Source of the DNA: Trypanosoma brucei
Taxonomy: Eukaryota
DNA length: 64,000 nt
Direction: 5' to 3'
Assembly: GCA_000002445.1 (NCBI GenBank)
Contig: CP000068.1
Coordinates: 1,120,001 to 1,184,000, forward strand
The position numbers and the translations under genes are program-made. Below are positions 11,601 to 21,450 of the stretch, in pieces (position 1 is the first letter of the stretch; every line of letters starts with the position of its first letter). The notes below the pieces were generated by a model. That model had not been told where the DNA came from. It searched no databases and was given only the letters and a program-made list of their open reading frames with translations.

Positions 11601-12049
11601 TACTGTTTAGTTTGCTGTACACGCGAGAGAAGAAACCAACTGAGTCATTACTACCAATGCCCTTGAGTTATCGATACTTTGCCAAGTCCCATGTGGACAC
11701 GACTTCAGTAGAGTTTATGCAGACAATAATGGCAAGACATCTCTCTGAATCCCCTGTGCTTACGTGTTTTGTGGCTGTGGCCGCAAGTTGTGTTCCACTT
11801 GTACTTCCCGCTATACAACAACAACTGCGGTTGAGGCCAGTTGATATCTTTAAAGATGCGGCTTCCTTCTATAGTGTACTGCAATCCCGAAAATCCGCAG
11901 CTAACCACGCACATGTCGCCGTGGTGCTGCTAGAAGATGAGTTAGAGGGAGAAAAGGGCATCAGTATTGCTGTGAAGTCGGAACACACTTCTTTAGCGGA
12001 GCTTCTGGCCCAAGAAATCGCAAAACTCTTGATGACGGCCACGTCGTAG
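8666..12049 (+). CDS. AP-3 adaptor complex delta subunit (delta-adaptin)
   Basis: The N-terminal 300 aa align closely with the AP3D1 adaptin trunk: AAFNIIEVM, KRIGYMAA, RKKAVLSLYRIFFEYPESLRPTYPRLKEKL, NWTLIKIIKVFG, PLEPRLGKKL. A long acidic/disordered hinge and ear follow. An alternative start is Met at 8684. Confidence 0.9.
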   Translation: MTDATKMAGQLLFQNTLAEVVRKLRSSNESEAEVIEQCIADIKSEVTSTVQSVKVTAVLKAVYFSMLGYSATYAAFNIIEVMADKMFGYKRIGYMAACLTFTPKTEVLPLLTALLKRDLSSTNQYEVGFALYCISTVSSPDLARDLVVDVVNLLSHPRNYVRKKAVLSLYRIFFEYPESLRPTYPRLKEKLDSSSERCDNDPAVRGALVCVLCELARRNPASFLGLAVPFFSMLSTIQSNWTLIKIIKVFGYFAPLEPRLGKKLVDPIIRIVQTTGAKSVRYECILAVANGMSKTPSLTKIVAEELRVFVEDSDQNLKYLGLDAMSRMVRDNAKLLGGHRDVVLACLDDIDTTIRRKALEVLSGLVTKRNFVSTINNMMHRCVRLPPDEEWSNRVLATVIEVAQTDDYSYVQDFEWYVKILLDISLVNLSTYQHGALVQKELVTVLTRVNAVRQFGVNELSQLLSNTNLLKSDPSRSSQWEVLKAAAFLCGEYPYWLQDKRRTCELLLSERISLLKPEVQVVCVTAVGKIVAYMHKPCQRHLVLVNGEEEIPLPEDSLTFEELRASILQTEAITDSNGTAKVVGATGSISNRHDVERKNLLGLQLFRHSVHPDVQERASMILYQLNVDPDIGPLLYEQELLPVAIGAQEAVEPPEGLNLDEPFCSHLPAGLSPSDSEEDGAENDEDLYYVDGYDAIVAREQRRREEARRGEVAPFYIKNDALSRDQLSEELHSAVSAAPAPKTSTSFYVPQKSQVINRYLSRPKNYDAAAHGQRRIQDEDVDEATKKFRNVDVTRSLAPDERLPEPIPYGRLQQSATTEGTAAAAAAAAALDFMVDESFDPLVLLEEKYLRVTAFVLSCRVRKAGTQITMAVEISNLASSSSMRNVSLRFQPNNDNYTTERVRLEADKSQEAITGANRPKTGRGDNKNAVGEGGDGDKEVEESDRSIFVSKCMKGTTTLRTKMLLTFSGSLPPSLTEPLLFSLLYTREKKPTESLLPMPLSYRYFAKSHVDTTSVEFMQTIMARHLSESPVLTCFVAVAASCVPLVLPAIQQQLRLRPVDIFKDAASFYSVLQSRKSAANHAHVAVVLLEDELEGEKGISIAVKSEHTSLAELLAQEIAKLLMTATS

Positions 12050-13397
12050 TGGGTATTCCCACTCAAGCAAGACTTTGGTTGTTCCCTCTGATGGTGGCGG
12101 TGCTTATCTTTCTTGTTATTGGTGAAGTTGAAAAGAAAAATGGATGGAGGCATGTTGGCATGATTTTTTTTGTTTCTTGATATTACCCCGCTTGTGATAC
12201 TCGAGGTATTTGGTTTCAACTCCTCGTTCGCACACACCCTTTATTTTGCGATGGGAGTAACTGCTGTGTTTCTATCTTGGCTCATTCTTTTGTGTGTTTC
12301 TCCTTTTTCTGACGGATGGCCGCTGTAGTCATCTCATTACATCTTTTAACAAGTTTTTCATTATGTGTGGTGCTTGATTTGCTGATGCGTAAATTGTGAG
12401 TATTTTTTCTCGCATCGTTCCTTTTGGGTCTCACAAATAACGGCAAAAATCGATTGCACACGCAACAACAGCCGGTGTCTGATCCATTATTTGAGTTTCG
12501 AACCTCATCCGGCACCGGGCGTAACACTTAACGCTTTTTTGGTTGGTTGTTTGGTTGGTTCTGAGCGTGTCTGCGGAAGCGGAGGCGGGATGGTGAAATA
12601 TAAACCTCAAGTTCCCATGTGTGATACTGCTTCTTCCACTTACTCCCCGTTTATATTTGTTTTAATTTACCTTACTTTACCTTATGAATTCATTTCTTTT
12701 TTCTTTTTTTCCTTTGTTTCTTTTTTTTTTTAAAGCTTCATAGTGCTCTGAGGTGTGTACAGGAAGAAGACCCGTGAGGTTCTTCACACAATACGCCGAA
12801 AGTAATCCTTATTAATTTTTTTGTTTTGCCATTGCACTGTAGTTGCAACGGTGCTGAAAAGGCAGTAGGAGAGGAGCTATTCGGTGGTTTAGCCACTTTG
12901 ATTCTTCTACCATTTCCTTATACGGATTTTGCCCAGTGAAGAGGCGCGAAAACAAAGGGGGAAAAAAAGACAACAAGTAAAACGATTAGGAACGAAACGG
13001 TCCGTCAGGACGAAAGGAGAAAAGGAAATAAAAGTGAGAAAGAAATAGGGAAACAATTCAAGGAGAGTGTACGAAAGGAAACTCGCGGAAGAGTTTGTCA
13101 CCATTATATCTATTTTTATACAAAACAAACGAAGAAAGGGTGAAAATTCACCTGAAACGAAGGAAAACTGCAATTACAGGACAAGAAGAACTGTCCAGAA
13201 GTAGAGAGAAAGGAAAGGAAAAGGGGAAGTATCATATATATATCATTTCACAGCTTCTCTTCTTTTCCGTGAACCAACGGAAGTGAACGTTTGGGGAAAG
13301 CAAAAAAAAAAAAGAAGGGAGTGTAAGGGATCCCCCTTCAAAGAAAAAAAAAGGAAAAAAGAAAAGGGATCCAAAGTGTAGTGTTCACACATTTGTA

Positions 13398-14735
13398 ATG
13401 CAGTCGTCAAGTTTTGCTGGAACGGGGGTGTTTCCGCCCCCGCCAGCTTTCTTGCGAGGCAACAACTCCATTAGGACAGGAAAGCGAGTGGGGCGCCGTC
13501 ATCATCATTTCACTGATGAAAACGTTGTGGACCTTCGTAGTATTGAAACTGGAGTGGAATGCAGCACTCGTATGGGACACAGTCGCAGTAACACAGCAGC
13601 TGAAGATCCTCCATTGCGTGCGCGCCGTCGTATCCCACATGGCAGTAACCCACCAACAAAGATATTAGACTTTCTTTTCTTGGGTGGCGTTAGTGATGCA
13701 ACAAATCCTGAGTTCCTCCGACGTGAAAATATCGTGACCATTCTGAACGTCTCACGAGAAGAATATTGGTCTGTGGACAAGGGAATTACGATACATCCTT
13801 TTCCTCTAGAGGACAACGCGGAGGAAAACATCCGGAAGTTCTTCTCACACACCTACAGGCTGCTGGAGGCTGCGCGCAGTGCGTATTACAGCTCAAAAAG
13901 GCAATGCGAGCGGTCAACCTCAACAAATGACGCCGCCACCAATTCAAATCTCGATTACCACAACGGTAACGAGAACGGTAGCGGCTGTAGTGCAGGGACT
14001 AATGTTGTTAATGGTTACTGTGAGGGCAGTAACGGTGGTACTAGTAGTAATATTAACAACTCCATGAATGAAGCAACTGACAATTGTGCGATTAGTGCTT
14101 CTCCTGCCCGGCCGCCTTGTGTGCTCGTGCATTGCCGGTACGGCATCAGCCGCTCCGTAACGATTGTGCTTGCTTATCTCATGCGTCGTAACGGATGGTC
14201 CCTTAACGATGCTCTGCAATACGTCATGTGCCGACGACCGCATGTGGAACCCAACGTTGGTTTCATGAATGTTTTGCTTTCGTTTCAGCGGGATATGGAT
14301 CCACAGAAACGAGACATCCAACGAAACTTGCTTCCTATTGTAGTTCGGAACCTTCCCCCTAATACATCGTCGTCTGCCGTGCATAAATTCTTTGAAGACC
14401 GCGTTGGTTGTGTCCATAAAGTGGCCACTTTTCCATCTCGTGTTGCCGCAGGAAATTCGACTCGAGAAAATACTGATGGTAACAGCAAGGATATTAGTGA
14501 TGAGAGCAGCACCAGTGATTGTAATGATGAAATCAGTTCAGGTGCGATGTGGCTTGTGGTGTTTGCAACGCCGGACTCCGTACATTTGGCCCATCGTTTA
14601 TATCATAAGCAACCGGATTTCTTTGCGCCACTCGGTGTTAGTGAAGGGCGCCGCGTGAAATTAACAGCTCTGAGCAAACTTCATCGATCCCCACGTCCCA
14701 TCACTGGAGGGGAGTCGTTGGCTAATGAATCCTGA
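13398..14735 (+). CDS. Dual-specificity protein phosphatase with a low-complexity insert and a C-terminal RRM-like domain
   Basis: Active-site P-loop VHCRYGISRS (HCx5R-S/T). General-acid Asp in PFPLEDN. FLFLGG at the start of the catalytic domain. The C-terminal region has RNP2-like IVVRNLP and RNP1-like MWLVVFAT. Confidence 0.8.
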   Translation: MQSSSFAGTGVFPPPPAFLRGNNSIRTGKRVGRRHHHFTDENVVDLRSIETGVECSTRMGHSRSNTAAEDPPLRARRRIPHGSNPPTKILDFLFLGGVSDATNPEFLRRENIVTILNVSREEYWSVDKGITIHPFPLEDNAEENIRKFFSHTYRLLEAARSAYYSSKRQCERSTSTNDAATNSNLDYHNGNENGSGCSAGTNVVNGYCEGSNGGTSSNINNSMNEATDNCAISASPARPPCVLVHCRYGISRSVTIVLAYLMRRNGWSLNDALQYVMCRRPHVEPNVGFMNVLLSFQRDMDPQKRDIQRNLLPIVVRNLPPNTSSSAVHKFFEDRVGCVHKVATFPSRVAAGNSTRENTDGNSKDISDESSTSDCNDEISSGAMWLVVFATPDSVHLAHRLYHKQPDFFAPLGVSEGRRVKLTALSKLHRSPRPITGGESLANES

Positions 14736-15635
14736 ATTGGAAAAAAAAGAAAAAACTCGATACGAAACGAAAAGAGAAAGGAGGGAGGGGAAAAAAAAAA
14801 GAATATCACAAGGAAAGCGCTAACGGTGGAGTGGACGGTGATCACTGAATTTATAACATGATGCAAGCGGTGTATCACCCGCAAGCGGCAAAATTGACTG
14901 TGCGCTGAGAAAATCTTTCCTTTTCTTTTTCTTTTTCTTTTTTCGTATTTATTTCTGTTGTACTTCAACTCTAAGGGATATGGGGGTTATGTGTGTGTAT
15001 GTGTCTATGCGTGTGCGCGCGAAAATAGGGAAAAACTATAAAGGAGCAAATAGCATATGATCCACAGAAAAGAGGAAACGCGGGTTCAAAAGCGAGGAGA
15101 AGCGTGTGGGCAAGCAACCATTTGAAAGAAACAAAGTACGACAAGAAAAAATAAAAATAGAAACAAAATAAAATGGCCAAATAAGGGGGAGGAGGGAAAT
15201 CAGGGGAAATTAAATTTTATTTATCCCATGAAAAATTTGCGTGTCTATGAGACCGAAGTACATGCAAGTTGTTGTTGCTGTTGCTCTTTTTTTTTCTTTT
15301 TTTTGAAAACATGAGTGAATTATGAATGGAGAAAAGTAGGCGCAAGATGCGTGTGGCTGATTCGTGCCGACGTTTGTATTTTGTGTATCTTTACACCCGT
15401 TTCATATTTTAATGTTTGAAAATTAATTCTGTTTTCAGTTGATGAGGTGTCGTCTGTGTGGGCGTATATACCTTTCTCTTATCTGTTTTTCTTTTTTTTT
15501 TTTGAGAACAAAATGAAATGGAAAGATGAAACGAAAAAAAAAGAATTTTACAAACGGACGACAAAACAAACAACAGAACAACAATGGCAGCTGTTCACAA
15601 ACGCAAAAAAACACGATAAATAAACGGATGTTTAA

Positions 15636-15661
15636 GTGTGTGTGTGTGTGTGAGAGAGAGA
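15636..15661. repeat. (TG)n(AG)n compound microsatellite
   Basis: gtgtgtgtgtgtgtgtgtgagagagagag read directly. Confidence 0.9.
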
Positions 15662-17744
15662 GGTGGGGAAATGGAGAAAGTTAACGTGAGACGTAAAAAT
15701 GTAAATGGGGTGATGTCGAAGGGGATTATGAACGCCTCCATGCGTGGCTTTATTATTATTATTATTTATTTACTTATTTATTTTAGTTGTAATGACTGAG
15801 GGAATGGAGATAAATTTCACACCAGAGGATGATGGGAATATGAAGGAAAATAAATAAATAAATGAAAATATAAAGGGGGAAATGTGCAGCGGAATGGTTA
15901 ATTTGGATGGAAGAAATCGTAAAATGATAAAGAGAAAGAGAGAGAGAGAAAAGAAAACTTGATTAAAATAAATAAATGGAGCGAAACAAATAAATGATGT
16001 GCAATTCGAAATCCTCTACCTTCTCATTGTGTGAATTCCTTTTTCTCAACCATCTTCTTATTCACGTTTCTACCCCCTTTTTTTTTCATTGTTTTGTTTT
16101 TTCGTTTGTTCCTGTTCCTTTTTTGCCTTTTTTTTGTTTTCTGCTTTCTTGTATAAATGTCCGAAAGGCGGACAGGTGAGGGATGAGTAATGAAAACAAA
16201 AGGTAAACAAAACAACTTTATCATCATTACAATGTCATAAACACCAAAAATAAAATAAAATAAAAAAACACGCACAAACACAAATATTCAAGCGGGCAAT
16301 TAACCACGTGGAGTGATAAGGGCACATATAAAGATAGAAATATATATATATATATTTCTTTATTTATGTCTCTTTGTATTTGCGTGTGTGTGTTTTTTTT
16401 TGTTTTACTCGTGAGGTTTATATGCCCTTTCTTTTTTTTCTTTTCCGTCAGGTGATGGAAAACTCCTCCTGTGTTTATTATTGCTTCAATGTTGTGGTGT
16501 AAACATATTCGATATGTAAAAGCAAATACGTTCAGGTGTTTTCTTTTTCCCTCCTTCTTCTTTTTTCTTTCTGTCCATTTTCTTTTTTCTTCTTCTTCTT
16601 CTTTATATTTTTCTCATTTTTTTCATAGCAATGAAAATGATATGCGTGATGAAGAACATACAGTGCGAGAAGATGAAATAAGAAAAGAAAGGAAATGAAA
16701 AGAAAAGAAATGAGAGAAAATGTTCGGAAGTAAAAAAAAAACAACAAAAAATATTTTGTTTGTTTGTTTATTCCCCCACTCACAAACTGACGTTTGTCGG
16801 ACTTTCAATTTCCCCCATTTTTTCTTATTTTACGTGTGTTGCTGAACTCATATTTGTGATTTTTTATTATTACCATCACCATTACCATTTTTCTTTTATG
16901 TATGTTCGTTCCCGTATTTTATCCCCCATCTCCTTTCTTCTTTTTTCTTTTTTTCACTCCGTTGCGTTTTCTAATTTCTTTTTCTTTTTTAGGTCCGCTG
17001 CCGTCGGTGTTGTTTACTCGATGCTGCACCTCCGTTTCACAACACTTTTCTTCTTTCTGGGATGTCTCACCTTTTCCCTTTTTTTTTTATTTTAATAAAA
17101 AAAAAATAAAAATATCCCGCACTCCTTCCAATGGTTCCATTGATGTCTCGTTTATTTTTAAAGCGGGGCGTTTATTATTATTGTTATTATTATTATTATC
17201 TTTGATTTAAAAATTTTACTCATCTTTTTTGACAGCTTGGACTCCTCATTTACTCACACGTGCGTGTCCTTTTTGTTTTTTTTCTCCCTTCTTATTGTTC
17301 AATTTGATTTTTTCAATCTCTCTACGTTTTTGCTTTATTTTCCTTTTATTTTTATTTTACTGATCTTTGTTTTTCGGATTGTGTTGGTGGGAAGTGGTTT
17401 TTGTTTCTTTTTTTTTTTTTGTACGTCTGTTCTTGTAGTATTTCCCTCTCTTCTTCTTTTTTTTTCTTATTTGGTTTTACCATCAATTAATTATTTACTT
17501 CGGTCATTAATTCACTCCAACAATTATCCTTTCCTTCCTTCCTTCCTTCTTTGGTACCTTTTCTTTTTACCGTATTTTCATTTAATTGTGTTTTTTTTTT
17601 TGGAAAGGCCGAAGATTTTTTTTTTTTCCGCTCCCTCTTTTTTTTTTTTAGTTGGGTTTGTTCCGTGACAGAAATCTTTTTTTTTCTTTTTCTTCCCCTC
17701 CCCTTCTTTTGACCTAACAATAAAGAAAAGGAAAAAATAAAAAT

Positions 17745-17786
17745 TATATATATATTTATATATTTATATATTTATATATTTATATG
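17745..17786. repeat. tandem 8-mer (TATATTTA)n, about 5 copies
   Basis: tatatatttatatatttatatatttatatatttatatgg read directly. Confidence 0.85.
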
Positions 17787-20138
17787 GTAAAGATGAATAA
17801 AATAAAATGAAATGAAAACAAAAAAAAGCAGAATGAAAAGTGATTCCACCTTTTACTTTCTTTCCTCTACAACATTTTTTTTAAAAAAATGGTAAAATAG
17901 CATTGTAAAAACGATAACATTTGATATTATTAATGTTGTTATCACTTTTAACATTATTATTATTATTATTATTTTCATTAGTGATATGAAATGATAAAGT
18001 AATGATTAATGCCATTACAAATTATCAGTTGTTATTGTTTTTCAAAAAAAAAGTCTTTTTTTTTCCTTTCCCTCCTTTTTTTTAAAAAATAATTATTTCC
18101 ATACAAATAATATTGTTTTGTTGTTTATTTATTTATGTGCATGTGCGTGTTTGTGTGTATTAATATCATTTAATTTATGATGCACCAGGGGAGGGGAAAT
18201 AACGTTTTTTTTTTTTAGTTGGATTTGTGCTGCGCCTCTCTCGAATTCACGCCGCCGCTATCATTTAATGTACGGCAGAAAAAATATATAAATAAATATA
18301 TATGAATATATAATTATATACCAGAAAAGAGGGGGAAAATTTTAAAAAAATGTTTATGGGTGAATGAATCGTTAATCAAAAGCACACAAAAAACAAGGCA
18401 TGATTAAGAGAGATTATATATATAATATATATATAATCATCAGTACTTGGTCACTTTTCTTTTTTTCTTTTTTATTCATTATGATTAATATTGTTTAATA
18501 TCTGTTTGTTTTGTTGTTGTTTTTTTTTTTCTTGCGTGCGCGTATGTGCGGCAAATGAAGAAATTAAAATAACCATCGTGAGAGATGAGAATTAAAGAAG
18601 GACAAAAAGACGAAAGAAAGTAAAGGAAAAATACATTTGTTTTTTTTTTATTAACAAAGGAAAAAAAAATCCTCGCGTTCATTTATTATTTAGTACGTGA
18701 ATAAACTCAAAGGTACCAATTCTTCGTGATGTATTTCTATATTTATTTCCTCCTTTTTTTTTCTATGCCTTTTTGTTTTTTCCAAAACTTCACGTGACCT
18801 TCTTTTTGTTTTTTTTGCTCTCTTTTCTGTCTTTTTTTTTTTTTTTGAAAAAAAAAACTCCCTTTTATTTATTTCTTTGGAAATGAAATGAAGAAATAAA
18901 ATAAATACATCAACAAATAAATAAATTAAATTGTGGATTAAATTGCTCAAGAGTGTAAAAGCGTCGGGAGCGCAATTATGTGTGCAGCTGAACGCAAGCA
19001 GGTTTGAAATGGAAAAAAAAAGACAGAAAAGAGTAGTAAATAAAATAAATAATGAAACTGAAGTAAAAGTGAACTGAAGTGAAAATGAAATGAAATGATT
19101 AGCCATTGGAACTTATAAAGAGGAGAAAAAAGAAAAAAAGGAGGGAAAGAAGGAAAAGAAAAAAAAGAAGTTTCCATTATATTGAATTATGCGAGAATAA
19201 ACTTGCAATTTTTATTTATGTATTTAAGTGCGTGTGTTGGTGGATTTTAAAATGTACGGCTGCGAAGCGGGTGGAAAACGAGCGGAAAGCAATAAATATT
19301 AAAGAAAAGAAAAGAGAGAGAAAAAAGAAGAGAGCACCGATTTCTCAAATAAATAAATAAATAAATAAATATATATATGTTTACCAAAATATGCACGAGA
19401 GAAAAGACATTTATAAGCGATTCCCCCAATTTAAATAAAAAAGGAAAATAGAAGGAGAAACTATCAACACACACACACGCACAGAGAGAGAGAGAGAAAG
19501 AGAGAGCAACAAACAAAGAAAGAAAATGTATATAATATTATTACTGTCGTTAGGAATGGAAGGATACAATTTTTTTAAAAATTTTTTTGTAAGTCTTTAT
19601 GTGTTTTAATGTTCCATTACGTGTTCTTGTTTGTCATATTTCCCCCCCCTCTTCCTCTTCTTACTTTTGGATTATTCTTTTTTGTATGATGAAAGGAGTA
19701 AAATACAAGTAGGAAGAGAAAAAAAATAAAAAAAACAAATAGAAGAAGAGAGGAAGTGAAATAATGGAAGCAGTAAAAAAAGAAAAGAAAAGAAAAGAAA
19801 AAAATTAAAATTCTTTTTCTGTTACTGTTTTTCCCTTTTCCGTTTTTTTTTTAATATGGACTCTCTCATCATTATCGCCTTCCCTCCTTTCCTTCTATAT
19901 TGATTTTTTTTGTACAATTCTATTGTTCTTCGTCTTCCTAAATATATTCTTACTTTTCTTTACTTTTTTACTTTTATGTTGTTCCATGCTCTTTTTTTTC
20001 CCCCTTTTTTCGTTTCATTCCACTGTTTCATTGTGCCGTGTCATATCACTTTTGCAATTTATATAAATATATATGAAATGATGGTTGCACGAGGGGATCT
20101 GCAATGGTAGTAACAATAAGTGTTTTTTTGTTTTTTTT

Positions 20139-20182
20139 TAAATAAATAAATAAATAAATAAATATATATATATATATATATG
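20139..20182. repeat. (AAAT)n followed by (AT)n microsatellite
   Basis: aaataaataaataaataaataaatatatatatatatatatatg. A similar (AAAT)n(AT)n block occurs at about 19341-19378. Confidence 0.9.
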
Positions 20183-21450
20183 AAAGAATAAACTTGATGA
20201 AGGAAAAACTAGTTTTTTTTTGTGTGTGTGTGAGTGTGCGTGTTATGGTCAAATGAGTGTGAAAGGGAGGGGGAGGAGGAAATATTTTTAAATTACACTC
20301 GAGTGGATTTATAAATCAACAAATAAGTGGAGTTATTTGAAGAAGTGAACACTAAAAGAAAACGCGAGGATGTGGTGTGTATTGCGTCTTAACATAAATA
20401 TATGTGATTGCATGTTTTGTGTTTTTGTGTTTTTGTGTGTACATGTGTGTTTATATGCTTATCTCCTGTAAGCACAGAAAACAACGAATTGCAGAATGAT
20501 AAGTTTGTTCATTTATCTACTCGTTCATAACTGGGGGTCATGGCTACAAATATAAACATTTTATATTTTTGTTTGTTTGTATTTATACACATGTATGCAT
20601 TTTAGCGTAAATGTGTTTTGGCGCGTGCGCGTATCCATGAGGGGAAAATGTACACCAAAACATTTATAGTTAGAGCGAGTGAAAAGAAAAATTAGTAGAA
20701 AATTACAAAAATAAGGGAACATATATAAAAAAATAAAGATATATGTAGTAATAATAATTATTATTATTATATTGCTTTATCATTATATTATTTAATATTA
20801 TATTGTTATGAAGAGTAAAATCTTTTCAAATTATTTTTCTGAAGTGAAGAAGGGTCAAAAAGCAAACGATGCAACCCATTAAACACCATCGGGGAATTAA
20901 CCATTCCTTGTTTCTCTTTTTTTTGTTTTGTCTAGTAGGGAGTTGTTGGTGGTGAACGTTTCGAAACAAACCATATCTTTTTTTTTCTTTTTTTACTTTA
21001 TGTCCCACTTTACCTTTTTTTTTTGTTTTCTTCTCTCTGGTTTGTTACTCACCTGGCAATATGTGATGCACAGCTCAGCCGTGTTTTCACGCACAACTCC
21101 TTTTTTTTAAAAAAAAAAATGCATTCATTTGTATGAAGATCGCTGCTGATTTGTTGCTTCACTTTACGGGGGCATCAGCCTCATTTTATGTTACTCCTTT
21201 TTATTTTTTTTTTTATTATTCCAAATATGTCACATTGCTCTTCTTCCCTTTTTTTTTTTCTTCGTGTGTGTGTATGTTTGTTTCGAATTAAAATTTACCT
21301 TTTGTTACGTGTGACATTTCTCGTATTCTTCCAACTCTGGCGGAAGGAAGAGGAAACTGACGAAAAAAAAAAAAAGTGAAACCTCCCTCCCGTAGGTGCC
21401 TTATAGCGCTTGGGTGTGGAAATAGAAATACCGATAATTAGATTTTTAGA

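Larger units (their letters stand above)
14736..21450. other. 6.7-kb ORF-free, AT-rich, low-complexity intergenic gap inside the co-directional gene array
   Basis: No ORF of at least 100 aa on either strand apart from poly-T/poly-A translation artefacts. Blocks alternate between purine-rich and pyrimidine-rich on the + strand. Contains many microsatellites and GT-rich tracts. Confidence 0.8.

Noticed and set aside
12491-12520. tRNA-like B-box (GGTTCGAAAC on the minus strand), considered as a minus-strand tRNA gene
   Set aside because: No acceptor stem, D-arm or anticodon arm can be built around it. No A box at the right spacing and no downstream T-run on that strand. Kept only as a low-interest small-RNA candidate.
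16000-16020. caattcgaaatcctc resembling a tRNA T-loop
   Set aside because: The surrounding sequence is AT-rich and lacks any stem complementarity. Chance match.
16640-16790. Possible C/D-box snoRNA (GUGAUGA ... CUGA)
   Set aside because: The boxes are about 140 nt apart in low-complexity sequence with no terminal stem and no K-turn context. Other UGAUGA occurrences (19686, 15800) likewise lack a matching D box.
16471-19516. Many 60-140-aa ORFs in the desert (e.g. 16760-17095, 17237-17668, 18690-19106, 19106-19360) with F/L/S-rich or K/E/R-rich products
   Set aside because: They are translations of poly-T/poly-A, (TTTC)n and (GAA)n low-complexity DNA. They have no coding codon bias and no domain content.
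14736-21450. Retroposon (ingi/RIME/SLACS-type) relic as an explanation for the desert
   Set aside because: There are no reverse-transcriptase, endonuclease or RNase H coding remnants in any frame. There are no terminal repeat structures or a poly(A)/target-site-duplication signature. The sequence is simple-repeat-like rather than degraded coding sequence. It cannot be fully excluded without a similarity search.
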